Source of the DNA: Acidimicrobiia bacterium
Lineage (GTDB): Bacteria; Actinomycetota; Acidimicrobiia; Acidimicrobiales; JANYDT01
Direction: 5' to 3'
DNA: 64,000 nt
NCBI GenBank assembly: GCA_031381685.1
Contig: JANMYF010000037.1
Coordinates: 11,247 to 75,246, forward strand
Under the pieces are notes generated by a model. That model had not been told where the DNA came from, ran no database searches, and worked only from the letters and a program-made list of their open reading frames with translations. A program made the translations under genes and the position numbers. Of this stretch, positions 44,178 to 54,286 are shown one piece after another; within the stretch, counting starts at the first letter, position 1; every line of letters starts with the position of its first letter.

Positions 44178-45911
44178 ATGGCAGTTTCCCCCACCACCGT
44201 GCTGCGATCAGCGCCGGGATCCCTCTCCGACGACGCCGTCACGCTTCCCGCGGCAGACGACGACGCCGACTCGATCGCTCCCGCAGCCGACACCGTGGAG
44301 TTCGCCTTCACTGCGAACGGTCCGTGGGTGGTCGTCGAGGCCGACATGCCGTGGCGGGCCGGGCTCGACGCGGTTCGGGCCGCGACGAGGGCTCAGGTCC
44401 CGGAGCTCACGACGCCGGGCACGATCCCGCCCGGCCGCCGCCTCCTCCGGACCGCTCGCATCCTCGGCACCGCGCTGGGCATGTGGCGACTGAAGGAGAA
44501 ACCCAAGGGTGGCGAGATCAGCCGGGCCGGCGTTTCGCGGCGTCTGCGGATCGCGTTCGGCGAGCTCGGTCCGACGTACATCAAGATGGGTCAGATCATC
44601 AGCTCGGGCGAGGGGATCTTCCCCGGTGAACTCGTCACCGAGTTCCGCCAGCTCCGCGATCGCGTGCCACCGGAGCCGTTCGGCGTCGTGCGCCGGACCA
44701 TCGAAGAAGACCTCGGCGCGCCCCTCGAAGCGGTGTTTGCCGAGTTCTCCGAGACCGCGCTCGCCGCCGCTTCGATCGCCCAGGTCCACGTTGCGCGACT
44801 CCACACGGGCGAAGAGGTCGTCGTCAAGGTGCAGCGACCTTCGGTGCGTTCACTCGTCCACCGAGACCTCAAAGCCATGAGCTGGTTCGCCCCCCATCTG
44901 ATCGGCCGCATTCCGATCGCCGCGCTCGCCAACCCCCCTGCGCTCGTCGAGTTGTTCGCCGAGACGATCGTGGAGGAACTCGACTTCCGGCTCGAAGCCC
45001 AGAACATGCTCGACATCGGGCGAGTCCTCGCCAGCTCCGGTCAGAGGGCCATGGTCGTCCCTCGTCCCCATCCGACGCTTGTCACGCCGCGAGTACTCGT
45101 CATGGAGCGTCTGCAGGGCTTTGCATGGGACGACGCCGAAGGTATGCGCGCTGGTGGTATCGACACCGAGGCCGTGATCAAGGCTGGAATGGTGGCCTTC
45201 CTTGAAGGGGCGATGCTCTACGGCATCTTCCACGGCGATCTGCACGGCGGCAACCTCATGGTTCTTCCCGATGGCACCACCGCGCTGCTCGATCACGGGA
45301 TCACCGGCCGTCTCGACGCCGTCAAGCGCCAAGCGTTCCTGCGTTTGATGCTCGCCGGCACGATGAATGACGTTCGGATGCAGGTGCAGGCGCTTTGCGA
45401 GCTCGGTGCCTTGCCGATGGACACGGACATCGACGAGGTGATCCGGACGCTCAATCTGGACGGTCCGGTGAAGGACCCGACGAAGATGACGCCCGATGAG
45501 CTGATCATGGAGATCCGCAACATCACCAAGGCCCTTCTCGGTTACGGCGCCCGCATGCCGAAAGAGCTGATGCTCTACGTCAAAGACCTGTTGTTCCTAG
45601 ACGGAGCGATGGCCACCTTGGCCCCGAATCTCGATCTGTTCGGCACGCTGACCGAGATCGCCATGCACTTCGCCACCCAGCACGGGGCGCGGATCGCGAG
45701 CGATGTCGGCATCGACATGTCGACGCAGATGATCGACATCACGGCATTCAAGGCCTCGATCGGTGTCGAGGCCGACGTCGACACGCTCACCTATGCCGAG
45801 TTACAAGAGCGCCGCGCCCTCATTGCCAAGCGCATGGACGGACGGCAGAAGGACACCGCTGAAGCGCTCGGCGTCAAGCGGGTCGGCTGGCGCGGTCGGC
45901 GCAAGCGCTGA
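44178..45911 (+). CDS. ABC1/UbiB-family atypical kinase
   Basis: FGELGPTYIKMGQIISSGEGIFP, AAASIAQVHVARL..GEEVVVKVQRP, GIFHGDLHGGNLMVLPDG. Confidence 0.85.
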   Translation: MAVSPTTVLRSAPGSLSDDAVTLPAADDDADSIAPAADTVEFAFTANGPWVVVEADMPWRAGLDAVRAATRAQVPELTTPGTIPPGRRLLRTARILGTALGMWRLKEKPKGGEISRAGVSRRLRIAFGELGPTYIKMGQIISSGEGIFPGELVTEFRQLRDRVPPEPFGVVRRTIEEDLGAPLEAVFAEFSETALAAASIAQVHVARLHTGEEVVVKVQRPSVRSLVHRDLKAMSWFAPHLIGRIPIAALANPPALVELFAETIVEELDFRLEAQNMLDIGRVLASSGQRAMVVPRPHPTLVTPRVLVMERLQGFAWDDAEGMRAGGIDTEAVIKAGMVAFLEGAMLYGIFHGDLHGGNLMVLPDGTTALLDHGITGRLDAVKRQAFLRLMLAGTMNDVRMQVQALCELGALPMDTDIDEVIRTLNLDGPVKDPTKMTPDELIMEIRNITKALLGYGARMPKELMLYVKDLLFLDGAMATLAPNLDLFGTLTEIAMHFATQHGARIASDVGIDMSTQMIDITAFKASIGVEADVDTLTYAELQERRALIAKRMDGRQKDTAEALGVKRVGWRGRRKR

Positions 45912-45953
45912 GAAGAGGGCTGGTTGGGCGGGAGACGGGCCCGCACGTCCGGC

Positions 45954-46415
45954 TCACGCCGCCATGAGCACCGTTCCCGACACGATCACCGGGCACGAAA
46001 CGGAGTTCCCGACGAAGCAGCCGGCCGAAGCGGCGGCATGGAGATCGTTCGCCGCGGTCGGATCACCAGCGGAGATGGTCACGACGGGCTGGAGATGGAC
46101 GGAAGCGAAGCCCCCACCGGCACCCTCGACGGCGAGCGTGCCGATCGCCTCGTCCGAGTAGGACTCGACGACGATTCCTGCTCGAAAGCACAGGAACAGA
46201 TAGGTGAGCATGTGGCACTGACTGATCGAGCCGACGAACAGATCCTCCGGCGCCCAGTTGACGCCGTCGCCGCCGAACTCGGGCGGAGCCGAACCGACGA
46301 TGGTCGGCTTGTTCGGCGTCGCGATCTCGTTGTCGCGGCCAAAGCCCTTGACCGAGGTGCCGGCACCGTCGTTGCCCGTCCACCCAACCGTCGTCCGGTA
46401 CTGGAACTCCTTCAC
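45954..46415 (-). CDS. OsmC-family peroxiredoxin-like protein
   Basis: YRTTVGWTGNDGAGTS...APEDLFVGSISQCHMLTYLFLCFRAG...AAASAGCFVGNSV shows the two conserved Cys. GTG 46415 follows ggagcggagg. The ORF-track start at 46490 is less likely. Confidence 0.75.
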   Translation of the reverse strand: MKEFQYRTTVGWTGNDGAGTSVKGFGRDNEIATPNKPTIVGSAPPEFGGDGVNWAPEDLFVGSISQCHMLTYLFLCFRAGIVVESYSDEAIGTLAVEGAGGGFASVHLQPVVTISAGDPTAANDLHAAASAGCFVGNSVSCPVIVSGTVLMAA

Positions 46416-46512
46416 CGCATCCTCCGCTCCCACCGCGGACGGTTCGTCCGTTCGGTTCCTACTGCTGATCGTATACCCCTGGGGGTACAAAGTGAGGAAG
46501 AATCATCGCGGA

Positions 46513-47949
46513 ATGAATCTGCGCGATGAAGCAGGCGAAAAAAGCGATAGGAGTGCCCCGAGGGCGGACCGACGAACGGTTGTCACGGGCCTCGCCGCGA
46601 CGACGGCCTCGCTCTGGGCCTCGTCGCTGCTTCGCGCCGCGCCGGTCGGCGCAGCGACCACCACGGCGCCCGGACCCTTCCGTTTTCCCGACGGCGGATA
46701 CGGCCCACTCGTCGCCGACCCGGCTGGCGTGATGGACCTCCCCGCCGGATTTCGCTACGTCGAGCTGAGCGCCGCAGGCCGAACCCAACTCGACGACGCC
46801 TCTCCCTGCCCCACCCGGCCGGACGGCATGGGCTCGTTTGTTTCCGGGCGCGCGACCGTCGTGGCATGCAACCATGAGCTCGGCCGCGACGAAGGTGCAC
46901 GAGTGCCGATGCGCGACGGCGAACGTCCGGTGGCGACCTACGACCCGAACGGGAACGGCGGGGTGAGTCTGATCGCGATGACGACGTCGGGCAGGCCGAC
47001 CTCGCATCGGCCCGTGCTTGCCGGGACCGTGCGGAACTGCGCCGGCGGGGTCACGCCGTGGGGTACGTGGCTGACCTGCGAAGAGACCGACGCGACGATC
47101 GACGGCGTTCCCCACGGGTACGTCTTCGAAGTGGATCCGATCGGCTCGCGTACCCGGGCCGTCCCCTGCGCGGGTATGGGTCGCTTCGCCCACGAAGCTG
47201 CCGCCGTCGACCCCCGGACGAGTGAGGTGTATCTCACCGAGGACAGCGGCGGCAACGCGTTGCTCTATCGCTTCGAGCCGGCCGATCGCTCCCGCCGCTA
47301 CGGCTCTCTCGGGCGCGGTGGAAGCCTTTCGGCGATGCGGGTGCCCGCAGTTGGCAACTTCGGAGAGATCACCACCGTCGGCACGACCATAAGAGGAGTG
47401 GGTTGGGCACCTACACCGGCTGCGGCTGGAGAAGCCGTGCCCCAGGACTCCGTCGGCCTTCGAGAGCGGTTTCCCGACGACACCGTCACCCGCGGCCAGA
47501 AACTCGAAGGCGCATGGTGGTTCGACGGCGCGCTTACCTTCGTGTCGTCGTTCAACGATTCCGTCTCCCGTCCGGAGCTCCGCCACGAAGGACAGGTGTT
47601 CCGCTACGACCCGCGAGCCGCGTCGCTGACCCTGCTCGCGTACCTCCCCGTCGGTGGCCGTGACACCGTGCTCCGGGAGAACCTGTCGAGCCCGGACAAC
47701 ATCTCGGTCTCGCGATTCGGCGGCGTGGTGTGGTGTGAAGACGGCACCGACCCGAACCGCATCGCCGCCATCGGCGCGGACGGCGAACCGTTCTGCCTCG
47801 CCCGAAATCGCGAAAACGGAGAACTGTGCGGCGTTCATTTCTCCCCGGATGGGCGCTGGTTGTTCGTCAATCAGCAGGTTGTCGGACGGACGCTCGCCAT
47901 CACGGGCCCGTGGACGCGGCGACGTTCGAAGGTCTCGAAGCGCACCTGA
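46513..47949 (+). CDS. Tat-exported PhoX-like / DUF839 beta-propeller family protein
   Basis: ATG 46513. The twin-arginine signal reads DRRTVVTGLAATTASLWASSLLRAAPVGA. The body (NCAGGVTPWGTWLTCEE..., GRFAHEAAAVDP, LYRFEP) resembles PhoX/DUF839 proteins. Confidence 0.55.
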   Translation: MNLRDEAGEKSDRSAPRADRRTVVTGLAATTASLWASSLLRAAPVGAATTTAPGPFRFPDGGYGPLVADPAGVMDLPAGFRYVELSAAGRTQLDDASPCPTRPDGMGSFVSGRATVVACNHELGRDEGARVPMRDGERPVATYDPNGNGGVSLIAMTTSGRPTSHRPVLAGTVRNCAGGVTPWGTWLTCEETDATIDGVPHGYVFEVDPIGSRTRAVPCAGMGRFAHEAAAVDPRTSEVYLTEDSGGNALLYRFEPADRSRRYGSLGRGGSLSAMRVPAVGNFGEITTVGTTIRGVGWAPTPAAAGEAVPQDSVGLRERFPDDTVTRGQKLEGAWWFDGALTFVSSFNDSVSRPELRHEGQVFRYDPRAASLTLLAYLPVGGRDTVLRENLSSPDNISVSRFGGVVWCEDGTDPNRIAAIGADGEPFCLARNRENGELCGVHFSPDGRWLFVNQQVVGRTLAITGPWTRRRSKVSKRT

Positions 47950-48118
47950 GCGACGCTTCCGGCCGCCGCAGAACGCCCGCTGCGCCTACTTCGCAGACGT
48001 TCGGCGTTGCGGCGCGTCGGCCACTTGGCGGCCGACCCTCTGTTCCCTACGGTGATCGCCGTCCTGTTGCATCCGCACCAGACGAAGGCCGAAAACGGCA
48101 GAAAGCAGAGGAGCGAAC

Positions 48119-48403
48119 GTGAGTGTTCGAGTTCTTTCCAGCGAGCAGGGGCGAACCGCAATCTCGCGCATGCAGTCCATCCTGATGGGTGGACTGGCGG
48201 AGCAGATCGCCGCACTCAATGCCGAAGGTCAGGTCCTCTCCGACCCAGAGGTGTGGGACGGCGTGCTGGCCTCGCAGTTCCGCTCCTCGACCTGGCCTGA
48301 CACCGCACGCACGCTGCAGCAGACCGCTGAGGCACTCGAGGAACTGCGTCAGCGGGTGCAGGGCATCACGACCGACATCATGGCGGCCGGCGGTAACGGC
48401 TGA
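48119..48403 (+). CDS. WXG100-like small helical protein
   Basis: 94 aa. The GTG start follows gaggagcgaac. A central W-x-G (EVWDGVLASQF, residues 46-48) sits between two predicted helices. No type VII secretion genes are present in the window. Confidence 0.45.
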   Translation: MSVRVLSSEQGRTAISRMQSILMGGLAEQIAALNAEGQVLSDPEVWDGVLASQFRSSTWPDTARTLQQTAEALEELRQRVQGITTDIMAAGGNG

Positions 48404-48456
48404 GCTCTGGTGATCGAAGCTGTTCCGAGGGTGCACCCTCGGGACAGCGAGGGTCT

Positions 48457-49917
48457 TCAACCCTCGAGGGCGCGACGCAGCGAGAGCGCGAGCCGGCGCT
48501 TCTCCGGCTCGATCGAGAGGATCTGGGTCCAGACGCCCTCGCCGACGGCGACGACGTCGGAGGCCTGCTCGACCCGGTAGCGGCTCAGCTCAGAGATGTG
48601 GATGAGCCCTTCGATCGGCTCGAAGCCCTCGCCCTCGACCTGTACGAACGCCCCGAACTCGGCAGTGCCGGTGACCGTGCCGTAGACCAGGTCACCGACC
48701 TTGTGCACGTTCTGGAACGCCTTCCACGGACTCGGAAGCGCAGCCTTGCGTGAGAGGCTGATCTTGCCCTTGTCCCCGCGGATCTCCTTGACGATCACGT
48801 CGATGATGTCGCCCACCTTGACCACGTCGGACGGCTTGCGGACCTGGCGGTGGGCGAGCTCGCTCACATGCACCAGACCTTCAGCTCCGCCGATGTCGAC
48901 GAATGCGCCGAAGTCGGTCACGGCGGTGACCGGACCGGTGAACTTCTGCCCGACCGAGATCGACGCCAGCATCTCGGCGCGCTGCGCGTCGCGCACCTTG
49001 CCCATCAACATCTTGCGGTTGACAACGACCTTCTCGCCCCGGCGCTCCACGGCGGCACGTTCGCCCGACAGCAGCTCGGCTTCGATGATGACAACTTCCA
49101 CCTCCTGGCCGACCAGCGACGAGAGGTTGGTCCCGCGGCGAACATCGACGAGCGACTCCGGCAGGAACGCACGGATACCGAGGTCGACGATCAGCCCACC
49201 TTTGGTCGTCGATGTGACGGTCCCCGTCACCGGCTCGCCGGATTCGTGCGCGGCGGTGATCCGAGCCCAGGCCCGCGTCTTCGCGGCGCGTTTCGGTGAG
49301 ATCACGTATCGACCGGTGCCGGTCTGCAACTTCGTGACGGTGCCCTCGACAGCATCACCGACTGCCGGCTCGTCGGTGCCGACCAGTTCGGCTCGCGGAA
49401 TCACGGCGACGGCCCCGTCACCGAGGTCGGCCTCGATGCCGTTCGCTCCAACCACCGAGATCACGCCGGGCACGATGTCACCCGGCTGGTAGACGAAGAC
49501 CGGGACGGCCGTCTCGGCCGCGACGGGTTCCGCGACGGGCACGCCAGACTCCGTGTCCGCCGTGCTCGACTCCGCGGCCGCTTCGGTGGTGGCGGCGACG
49601 GCGTCGGTCGTCTCGGACGACGCGGTTTCGGCCAACGGCGCATCGTTCACCGGCGCAGCAGCGACGGGAGCATCGGCGACCGGTTCCGGCGACTGATCGA
49701 CGGCCTTCTCCTCGGCGGACTCGGACGCAACCGGCGCGTCGGCAAGGGCGACTTCCGGCGAGGACGCTTCGTCGGCCGCGGCCACGTCGATGGCTACGGG
49801 AACCTCGATGTGGTCGGCATCGGAGTGGGCAGGAGCGGGAGCTTCGGCAACCGGAGCGGCCGCAGCGTCGACGCCCGAAGCTTCTTCGGGAGTCGTGTTG
49901 TCGTCAGTCATGTGCAT
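48457..49917 (-). CDS. rpsA: 30S ribosomal protein S1 with an Ala/Glu/Pro-rich N-terminal extension
   Basis: It has four S1 domains (e.g. GQKFTGPVTAVTDFGAFVDIGGAEGLVHVSEL, GDLVYGTVTGTAEFGAFVQVE...GLIHISEL). They are preceded by about 140 aa of low-complexity acidic sequence. Confidence 0.85.
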   Translation of the reverse strand: MHMTDDNTTPEEASGVDAAAAPVAEAPAPAHSDADHIEVPVAIDVAAADEASSPEVALADAPVASESAEEKAVDQSPEPVADAPVAAAPVNDAPLAETASSETTDAVAATTEAAAESSTADTESGVPVAEPVAAETAVPVFVYQPGDIVPGVISVVGANGIEADLGDGAVAVIPRAELVGTDEPAVGDAVEGTVTKLQTGTGRYVISPKRAAKTRAWARITAAHESGEPVTGTVTSTTKGGLIVDLGIRAFLPESLVDVRRGTNLSSLVGQEVEVVIIEAELLSGERAAVERRGEKVVVNRKMLMGKVRDAQRAEMLASISVGQKFTGPVTAVTDFGAFVDIGGAEGLVHVSELAHRQVRKPSDVVKVGDIIDVIVKEIRGDKGKISLSRKAALPSPWKAFQNVHKVGDLVYGTVTGTAEFGAFVQVEGEGFEPIEGLIHISELSRYRVEQASDVVAVGEGVWTQILSIEPEKRRLALSLRRALEG

Positions 49918-50069
49918 TCCTCAACGCGCCGACCGGCGTCGGACTTTGGCAAGGTTAGTGCCCGAGCAGGGCGTTCCGACGATCAACACCAAATCGGCCG
50001 CGGACAACCGTCGATGGCGCGCCGAGCGCCAGCCAAATACTCCTGCGCCGAGCGCCGGTGAACGCCGCT

Positions 50070-50882
50070 TCAGAGGTTGTCGATGGCGTCGCGGAGTTCG
50101 GTGATGAACCCGGCAACACCCTCGGGACCGCGCCCTTCGAGGATGCGTCGCACCAATGCCGCTCCGACGATCACCCCGTCGGCGATTGCCGCAACCTGCG
50201 CGGCCTGCTCACCGTTCGAGACGCCGATGCCGATGAGTACCGGGCGGTCGGTCGCGGCCTTCAGGCGGGTGGCGATCACGGATGCCGACGCGGCCAGCGA
50301 TACCCGCTCGCCCGTCACGCCCATCGTGCCGATGCCGTAGACAAAGCCACGCGACGCCGCGCATATGCGGGCGAGGCGATCGTCCGGAGTGGTCGGAGCG
50401 GCGAGCAGGATGTTCTCGATGTTGTGCGCGGCGGCGACGCCCATCCAGTTGTCGGCTTCATCGAGCTGGAGATCGGGAAGGATCGTCCCGGAGAATCCAT
50501 TGTCGGCGAGCATGGTGGCATAGCGCTCGTGACCCATGCGGAAGGCAATGTTGTACGACGTCATCGCCACAAGAGGGACGCCGACATCCGCCTTGGACGC
50601 CTCGGACAGAACGGACAGAGGCGTCGCTCCACGCGCGAGTGCGCGCACCGAGGCGTCCTGGATCACTGGACCATCCATCACCGGGTCGGAGAACGGGATC
50701 CCGATTTCGATCGCGTCCGCGCCAGCCGCGGCACAGGCACGCACCATGTCGACCCAATCGTCGGTGACGCCACCGGTGACGAACGGAACGAGCAGTTTGC
50801 GACCGGCGTCTCTTGACGCCCGGAACCCCGTTTCGATGCGGCCGGTGCCGATCAGGTCTTCGAATGTGGCAGCACCGCTCAT
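50070..50882 (-). CDS. trpA: Tryptophan synthase alpha chain
   Basis: LVPFVTGG...[22 protein letters not shown]...[16 protein letters not shown] 50882 overlaps the trpB stop (ATGA). An alternative ATG lies at 50894. Confidence 0.9.
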   Translation of the reverse strand: MSGAATFEDLIGTGRIETGFRASRDAGRKLLVPFVTGGVTDDWVDMVRACAAAGADAIEIGIPFSDPVMDGPVIQDASVRALARGATPLSVLSEASKADVGVPLVAMTSYNIAFRMGHERYATMLADNGFSGTILPDLQLDEADNWMGVAAAHNIENILLAAPTTPDDRLARICAASRGFVYGIGTMGVTGERVSLAASASVIATRLKAATDRPVLIGIGVSNGEQAAQVAAIADGVIVGAALVRRILEGRGPEGVAGFITELRDAIDNL

Positions 50883-52144
50883 CGCCGCGGGCATCCTTCG
50901 CAGACCGGCACACAGGGACGGGTACGGCAGAGAGCAAGTTTGTTCATCACCTGGTCGGCGTCCTTGTCGCCACGGCCGGAAAGGTTCACGAGCACGGTCG
51001 CCCCTTCCTCGATCTCGCCGGTCCCGGCGGCCCGGATCAGTTCGGCGATCGCATGAGAAGATTCGAGCGCGGCGATGATGCCTTCGGTCTCGGCGAGCAC
51101 GCCGAGGGCCGCGAGCACGGCGTCGTCGCCGGCCGGCACGTAACGAGCGCGGCCGGTGGTCGCCAGGTGCGCATGCTCCGGACCGACCCCGGGATAATCG
51201 AGACCGGCCGAGATCGAGTGGGCTTCGAGCACCTGGCCGAACTCGTCTTGCAGAAGGAAAGACTTCATTCCGTGAACGATCCCCTGCACGCCGTGGCCGA
51301 CCGCGGCGCCGCCCTCGGGTTCGACACCGATGAGTTTCGCGGTCGTGTCGACGAAGCCGCCGAAGATGCCCGCCGCGTTCGAGCCACCACCCACGCACGC
51401 CATCACGTAGTCAGGGTCCTTCCCACCGAGGATGGCGCGAATCTGCACGCGGGCTTCGTCGCCGAGGATTCGCTGGAACTCGCGCACCATCCAGGGGTAC
51501 GGATGCGGGCCCATGACCGACCCGAGGAGGTAATACGTGTCCTCAACTTCTGCGAGCCACGCCCGCATGGCGTCGTTCACGGCGTCCTTCAGGGTTCTCG
51601 AGCCGGAGTGGACCGGCCTGACCTCGGCGCCGAGCAGCTTCATCCGAAACACGTTGAGTGCCTGGCGTTCCACGTCGACCGCGCCCATGTAGACGACACA
51701 TTCGAGACCCAGCAGCGCACACGCGGTGGCCGCCGCGACACCGTGCTGTCCGGCGCCGGTCTCTGCGATGATCCGGCGTTTGCCCATCCGCTTCGCCAGG
51801 AGTGCCTGGCCGATGACGTTGTTAATCTTGTGCGAGCCGGTGTGGGCCAGATCCTCGCGCTTGAGAAAGACCCGAACCCCAAGGCGTTCCGACAGCCGGA
51901 AGCACTCGGAGACCGGAGTGGGTCGACCGGCGTATTCCTTCAGGATCGTCTCGTACTCGGACCGGAATGCCGGGTCGGTCCAGGCTGCACGGAAGGCGAT
52001 CTCGAGCTCCTCGCAGGCGGGAACGAGCGTCTCGGGGACGAAACGGCCGCCGAACTCGCCGAAGCGGCCGTCGTCGGTTGGGTCGCCCATCAGTGACGGC
52101 GCGCCCCCGGCGGAGATCGATCGCTTCTGGGCTAGGTCAGTCAT
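50879..52144 (-). CDS. trpB: Tryptophan synthase beta chain
   Basis: [52 protein letters not shown] 52144 was chosen. Confidence 0.92.
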   Translation of the reverse strand: MTDLAQKRSISAGGAPSLMGDPTDDGRFGEFGGRFVPETLVPACEELEIAFRAAWTDPAFRSEYETILKEYAGRPTPVSECFRLSERLGVRVFLKREDLAHTGSHKINNVIGQALLAKRMGKRRIIAETGAGQHGVAAATACALLGLECVVYMGAVDVERQALNVFRMKLLGAEVRPVHSGSRTLKDAVNDAMRAWLAEVEDTYYLLGSVMGPHPYPWMVREFQRILGDEARVQIRAILGGKDPDYVMACVGGGSNAAGIFGGFVDTTAKLIGVEPEGGAAVGHGVQGIVHGMKSFLLQDEFGQVLEAHSISAGLDYPGVGPEHAHLATTGRARYVPAGDDAVLAALGVLAETEGIIAALESSHAIAELIRAAGTGEIEEGATVLVNLSGRGDKDADQVMNKLALCRTRPCVPVCEGCPRR

Positions 52145-52381
52145 GGGTGCGGCTCCGAGAACAGGTGTCAGCGACGGACCACGGGGCCGTGCGCGTGTGC
52201 CCTGCCAGTCAAGCGCAGTTCGCCGCAGGAACGTCAACGGGTGAAGGAGGTCGCTCGCGAGGAGCGGTCACCCGTGGAATCGACATCGGCCGCGTTCGAG
52301 AATCCAGCGGGGACCCGTCGGTCCCGATACCGGACGGGAAACGTCCCGCACGGAGGGACGCTCACCAGGCAAACTACGTAG

Positions 52382-53086
52382 GTGACTGGACATCTGCGCG
52401 CTGAGGAACTGGCGCCGAACGGGCTCTTCGTGAAGATCTGCGGGATCACCAACGAAGAGGACGCGCTGCTGTGCGTCGCCCTGGGGGCCGATGCGCTCGG
52501 TTTCATCTTCGCCGCCGGCTCCAAACGCCAGGTAGCTCCGACGGTCGTGGCCGACATCGTCAAGCGTCTGCCGCCCGAAGTCATCACCTTCGGGGTGTTC
52601 CGAGACGACCTGCCCGACCGTGTCGTCGACATCGTCCTGCGCTGCGGCCTCTCCGGGGCACAACTCCACGGGCGTGAGTCCGCCGCCGAAACCGCCGACG
52701 TCGCCGGGCGAGTGGGCGTGACCATCAAGGTCTTCGCCGCCGGCGACCCGGAAATCGGCAAAGCCAAGCGGTACCCGGTCGAGCTGATCATGCTCGACAA
52801 CGCCAACCCGGGGTCCGGGGAGGTCTTCGACTGGTCACTGGCCGACGGGCTCCCGGAGGGCCGGAAGTTGATCCTGGCCGGTGGGCTCGGTCCGCTCAAC
52901 GTGGCTGACGCAGTGCGCCGGGTTCGGCCGTGGGGCGTCGATGGCGCGTCCGGGACCGAGGCATCCGCCGGCCGCAAAGACCCGCGCAAGGTCGCATCGT
53001 TCATCCGCAACGCCCGCGCCGCCGCAGCCGCGCTCCCCGGCTACCTCGTCGAGGACAACGCCCCCTACGACTGGCAGAACGAGTAA
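52382..53086 (+). CDS. trpF: Phosphoribosylanthranilate isomerase (stand-alone)
   Basis: FVKICGITNEEDALLCVALGADALGFIF, AQLHGRES, LILAGGLGPLNV, GVDGASGTE...GRKD. GTG start at 52382. It is on the opposite strand to trpC and trpBA. Confidence 0.85.
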   Translation: MTGHLRAEELAPNGLFVKICGITNEEDALLCVALGADALGFIFAAGSKRQVAPTVVADIVKRLPPEVITFGVFRDDLPDRVVDIVLRCGLSGAQLHGRESAAETADVAGRVGVTIKVFAAGDPEIGKAKRYPVELIMLDNANPGSGEVFDWSLADGLPEGRKLILAGGLGPLNVADAVRRVRPWGVDGASGTEASAGRKDPRKVASFIRNARAAAAALPGYLVEDNAPYDWQNE

Positions 53087-53297
53087 CCACTGGCCCTGGC
53101 GATCCTGGGTCGGCTGAGCTTCACTGGGTCGGCTGAGCTCCACTGGGTCGGCTGAGGTTCACTGGGTCGGCGGACGTTCACTGGGTCGGCTGAGCGATCC
53201 TGGGTCGGCTGAGCTTCACTGGGTCGGCTGAGCTCCACTGGGTCGGCGGACGTTCACCAGTGCGCAGATCCCGACCCAGCGACGTGAGCCGACCCAG
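53087..53297. repeat. 19-bp tandem array (8 full units plus one degenerate unit), followed by two inverted half-copies
   Basis: CTGGGTCGG(C/G)... starts at 53105, 53124, 53143, 53162, 53181, 53200, 53219 and 53238, an exact 19-bp period. The unit variants follow a higher-order pattern: (gcgatc)-A-B-C-D / E(gcgatc)-A-B-D. Inverted CCGACCCAG copies lie at 53271-53279 and 53289-53297. Confidence 0.9.
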
Positions 53298-53333
53298 AAC
53301 GGTCACGCGTGTCCCGCTCGTCGTCACCGAATG

Positions 53334-54125
53334 TCAGCGAACCCCTCGGAGGGCGCGGACTCCTTCGGCGGGATCGGCCATGGTGACGAGGCTTTCGCCG
53401 ACCAGCACGGCGTCGAAGCCCGCTTCGGCGAGTGACTCGGCGTCGGCGGGTCCCCGCACGCCCGACTCGGCGACGCGGACGACCGACGACGGCATCGCGC
53501 GGCCGACACGCCGGGCACGATCGTGGTCGACGGAGAACGTCCGCAGGTCCCGCTGGTTCACTCCGACGAGCGTTGCCCCGACGGCGAGGGCTCGGGCGAG
53601 CTCGTCCTCGTCGTGGATCTCAACGAGAGCGTCCAGGCCGACGCTCGCCGCCGCCTGATGGAACCGAAGGAGCTCGTCGTCGTCGAGCGCGGCGGCGATG
53701 AGCAGCACACAATCGGCCCCCATCAGGCGGGCGTCGTAGACATCGATTTCTCCGACCGTGAAGTCCTTGCGGATCACCGGAAGGCCCGACGCCGCCCGGG
53801 CAACCTGGAGGTCCTCGACGGAGCCGCCGAAGTGATCGACGTCGGTGAGTACCGACAGGCATGCTGCGCCACCGTCTCGGTACGCCCCGGCCAGGACCGC
53901 GGCGTCGAGGTCGGGGGCAAGAGGTCCCTTCGACGGCGATTTCCGCTTGATCTCGGCGATCACGCTCAATCCCGGGGCACGGAGCGCGGTGGCGAAGCCC
54001 CTGGCCGGAGACGCGACCGCGAGGGCGGCCTCCCGAACGGCAGCGAGGTCACGACGGTCGGCCGCGACACGTTCCCGGTGCGCGTGCACGATCCGTTCGA
54101 GATAGGTACCAGCGACCGCGCTCAC
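53334..54125 (-). CDS. trpC: Indole-3-glycerol-phosphate synthase
   Basis: YLERIV...VIAEIKRKSPSKG, AACLSVLTD..FGGS, PVIRKDF, LVEIHDE, VGVNQRDL. GTG 54125 was chosen. Confidence 0.9.
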   Translation of the reverse strand: MSAVAGTYLERIVHAHRERVAADRRDLAAVREAALAVASPARGFATALRAPGLSVIAEIKRKSPSKGPLAPDLDAAVLAGAYRDGGAACLSVLTDVDHFGGSVEDLQVARAASGLPVIRKDFTVGEIDVYDARLMGADCVLLIAAALDDDELLRFHQAAASVGLDALVEIHDEDELARALAVGATLVGVNQRDLRTFSVDHDRARRVGRAMPSSVVRVAESGVRGPADAESLAEAGFDAVLVGESLVTMADPAEGVRALRGVR

Positions 54126-54286
54126 CCCAACGACGGTACCGCCCGGCAATCCGGTCGGGAGACGGGTTCTCGCTCGGGCCGGGAAATACCCGGAGGAGCG
54201 ACGTGAGCCGGCCCGAGCGGGCCAGCCGGCCCGCGGTGATCGACAGGTACCCCCTCCCCTGGCGGGGACGTGCCAGCATGTTCGCC

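Noticed and set aside
52145-52381. Tryptophan attenuator or leader peptide in the trpB/trpF divergent region.
   Set aside because: Several small hairpins exist (e.g. GGGACC-cgtc-GGTCCC, GGACG-ggaaa-CGTCC). The only short ORF there (VESTSAAFENPAG...) contains no Trp codons, and I could not build alternative terminator/antiterminator pairings with confidence.
53087-53297. CRISPR array interpretation of the 19-bp repeats.
   Set aside because: The units are contiguous with no unique spacers, are far shorter than CRISPR repeats, and have no cas genes nearby.
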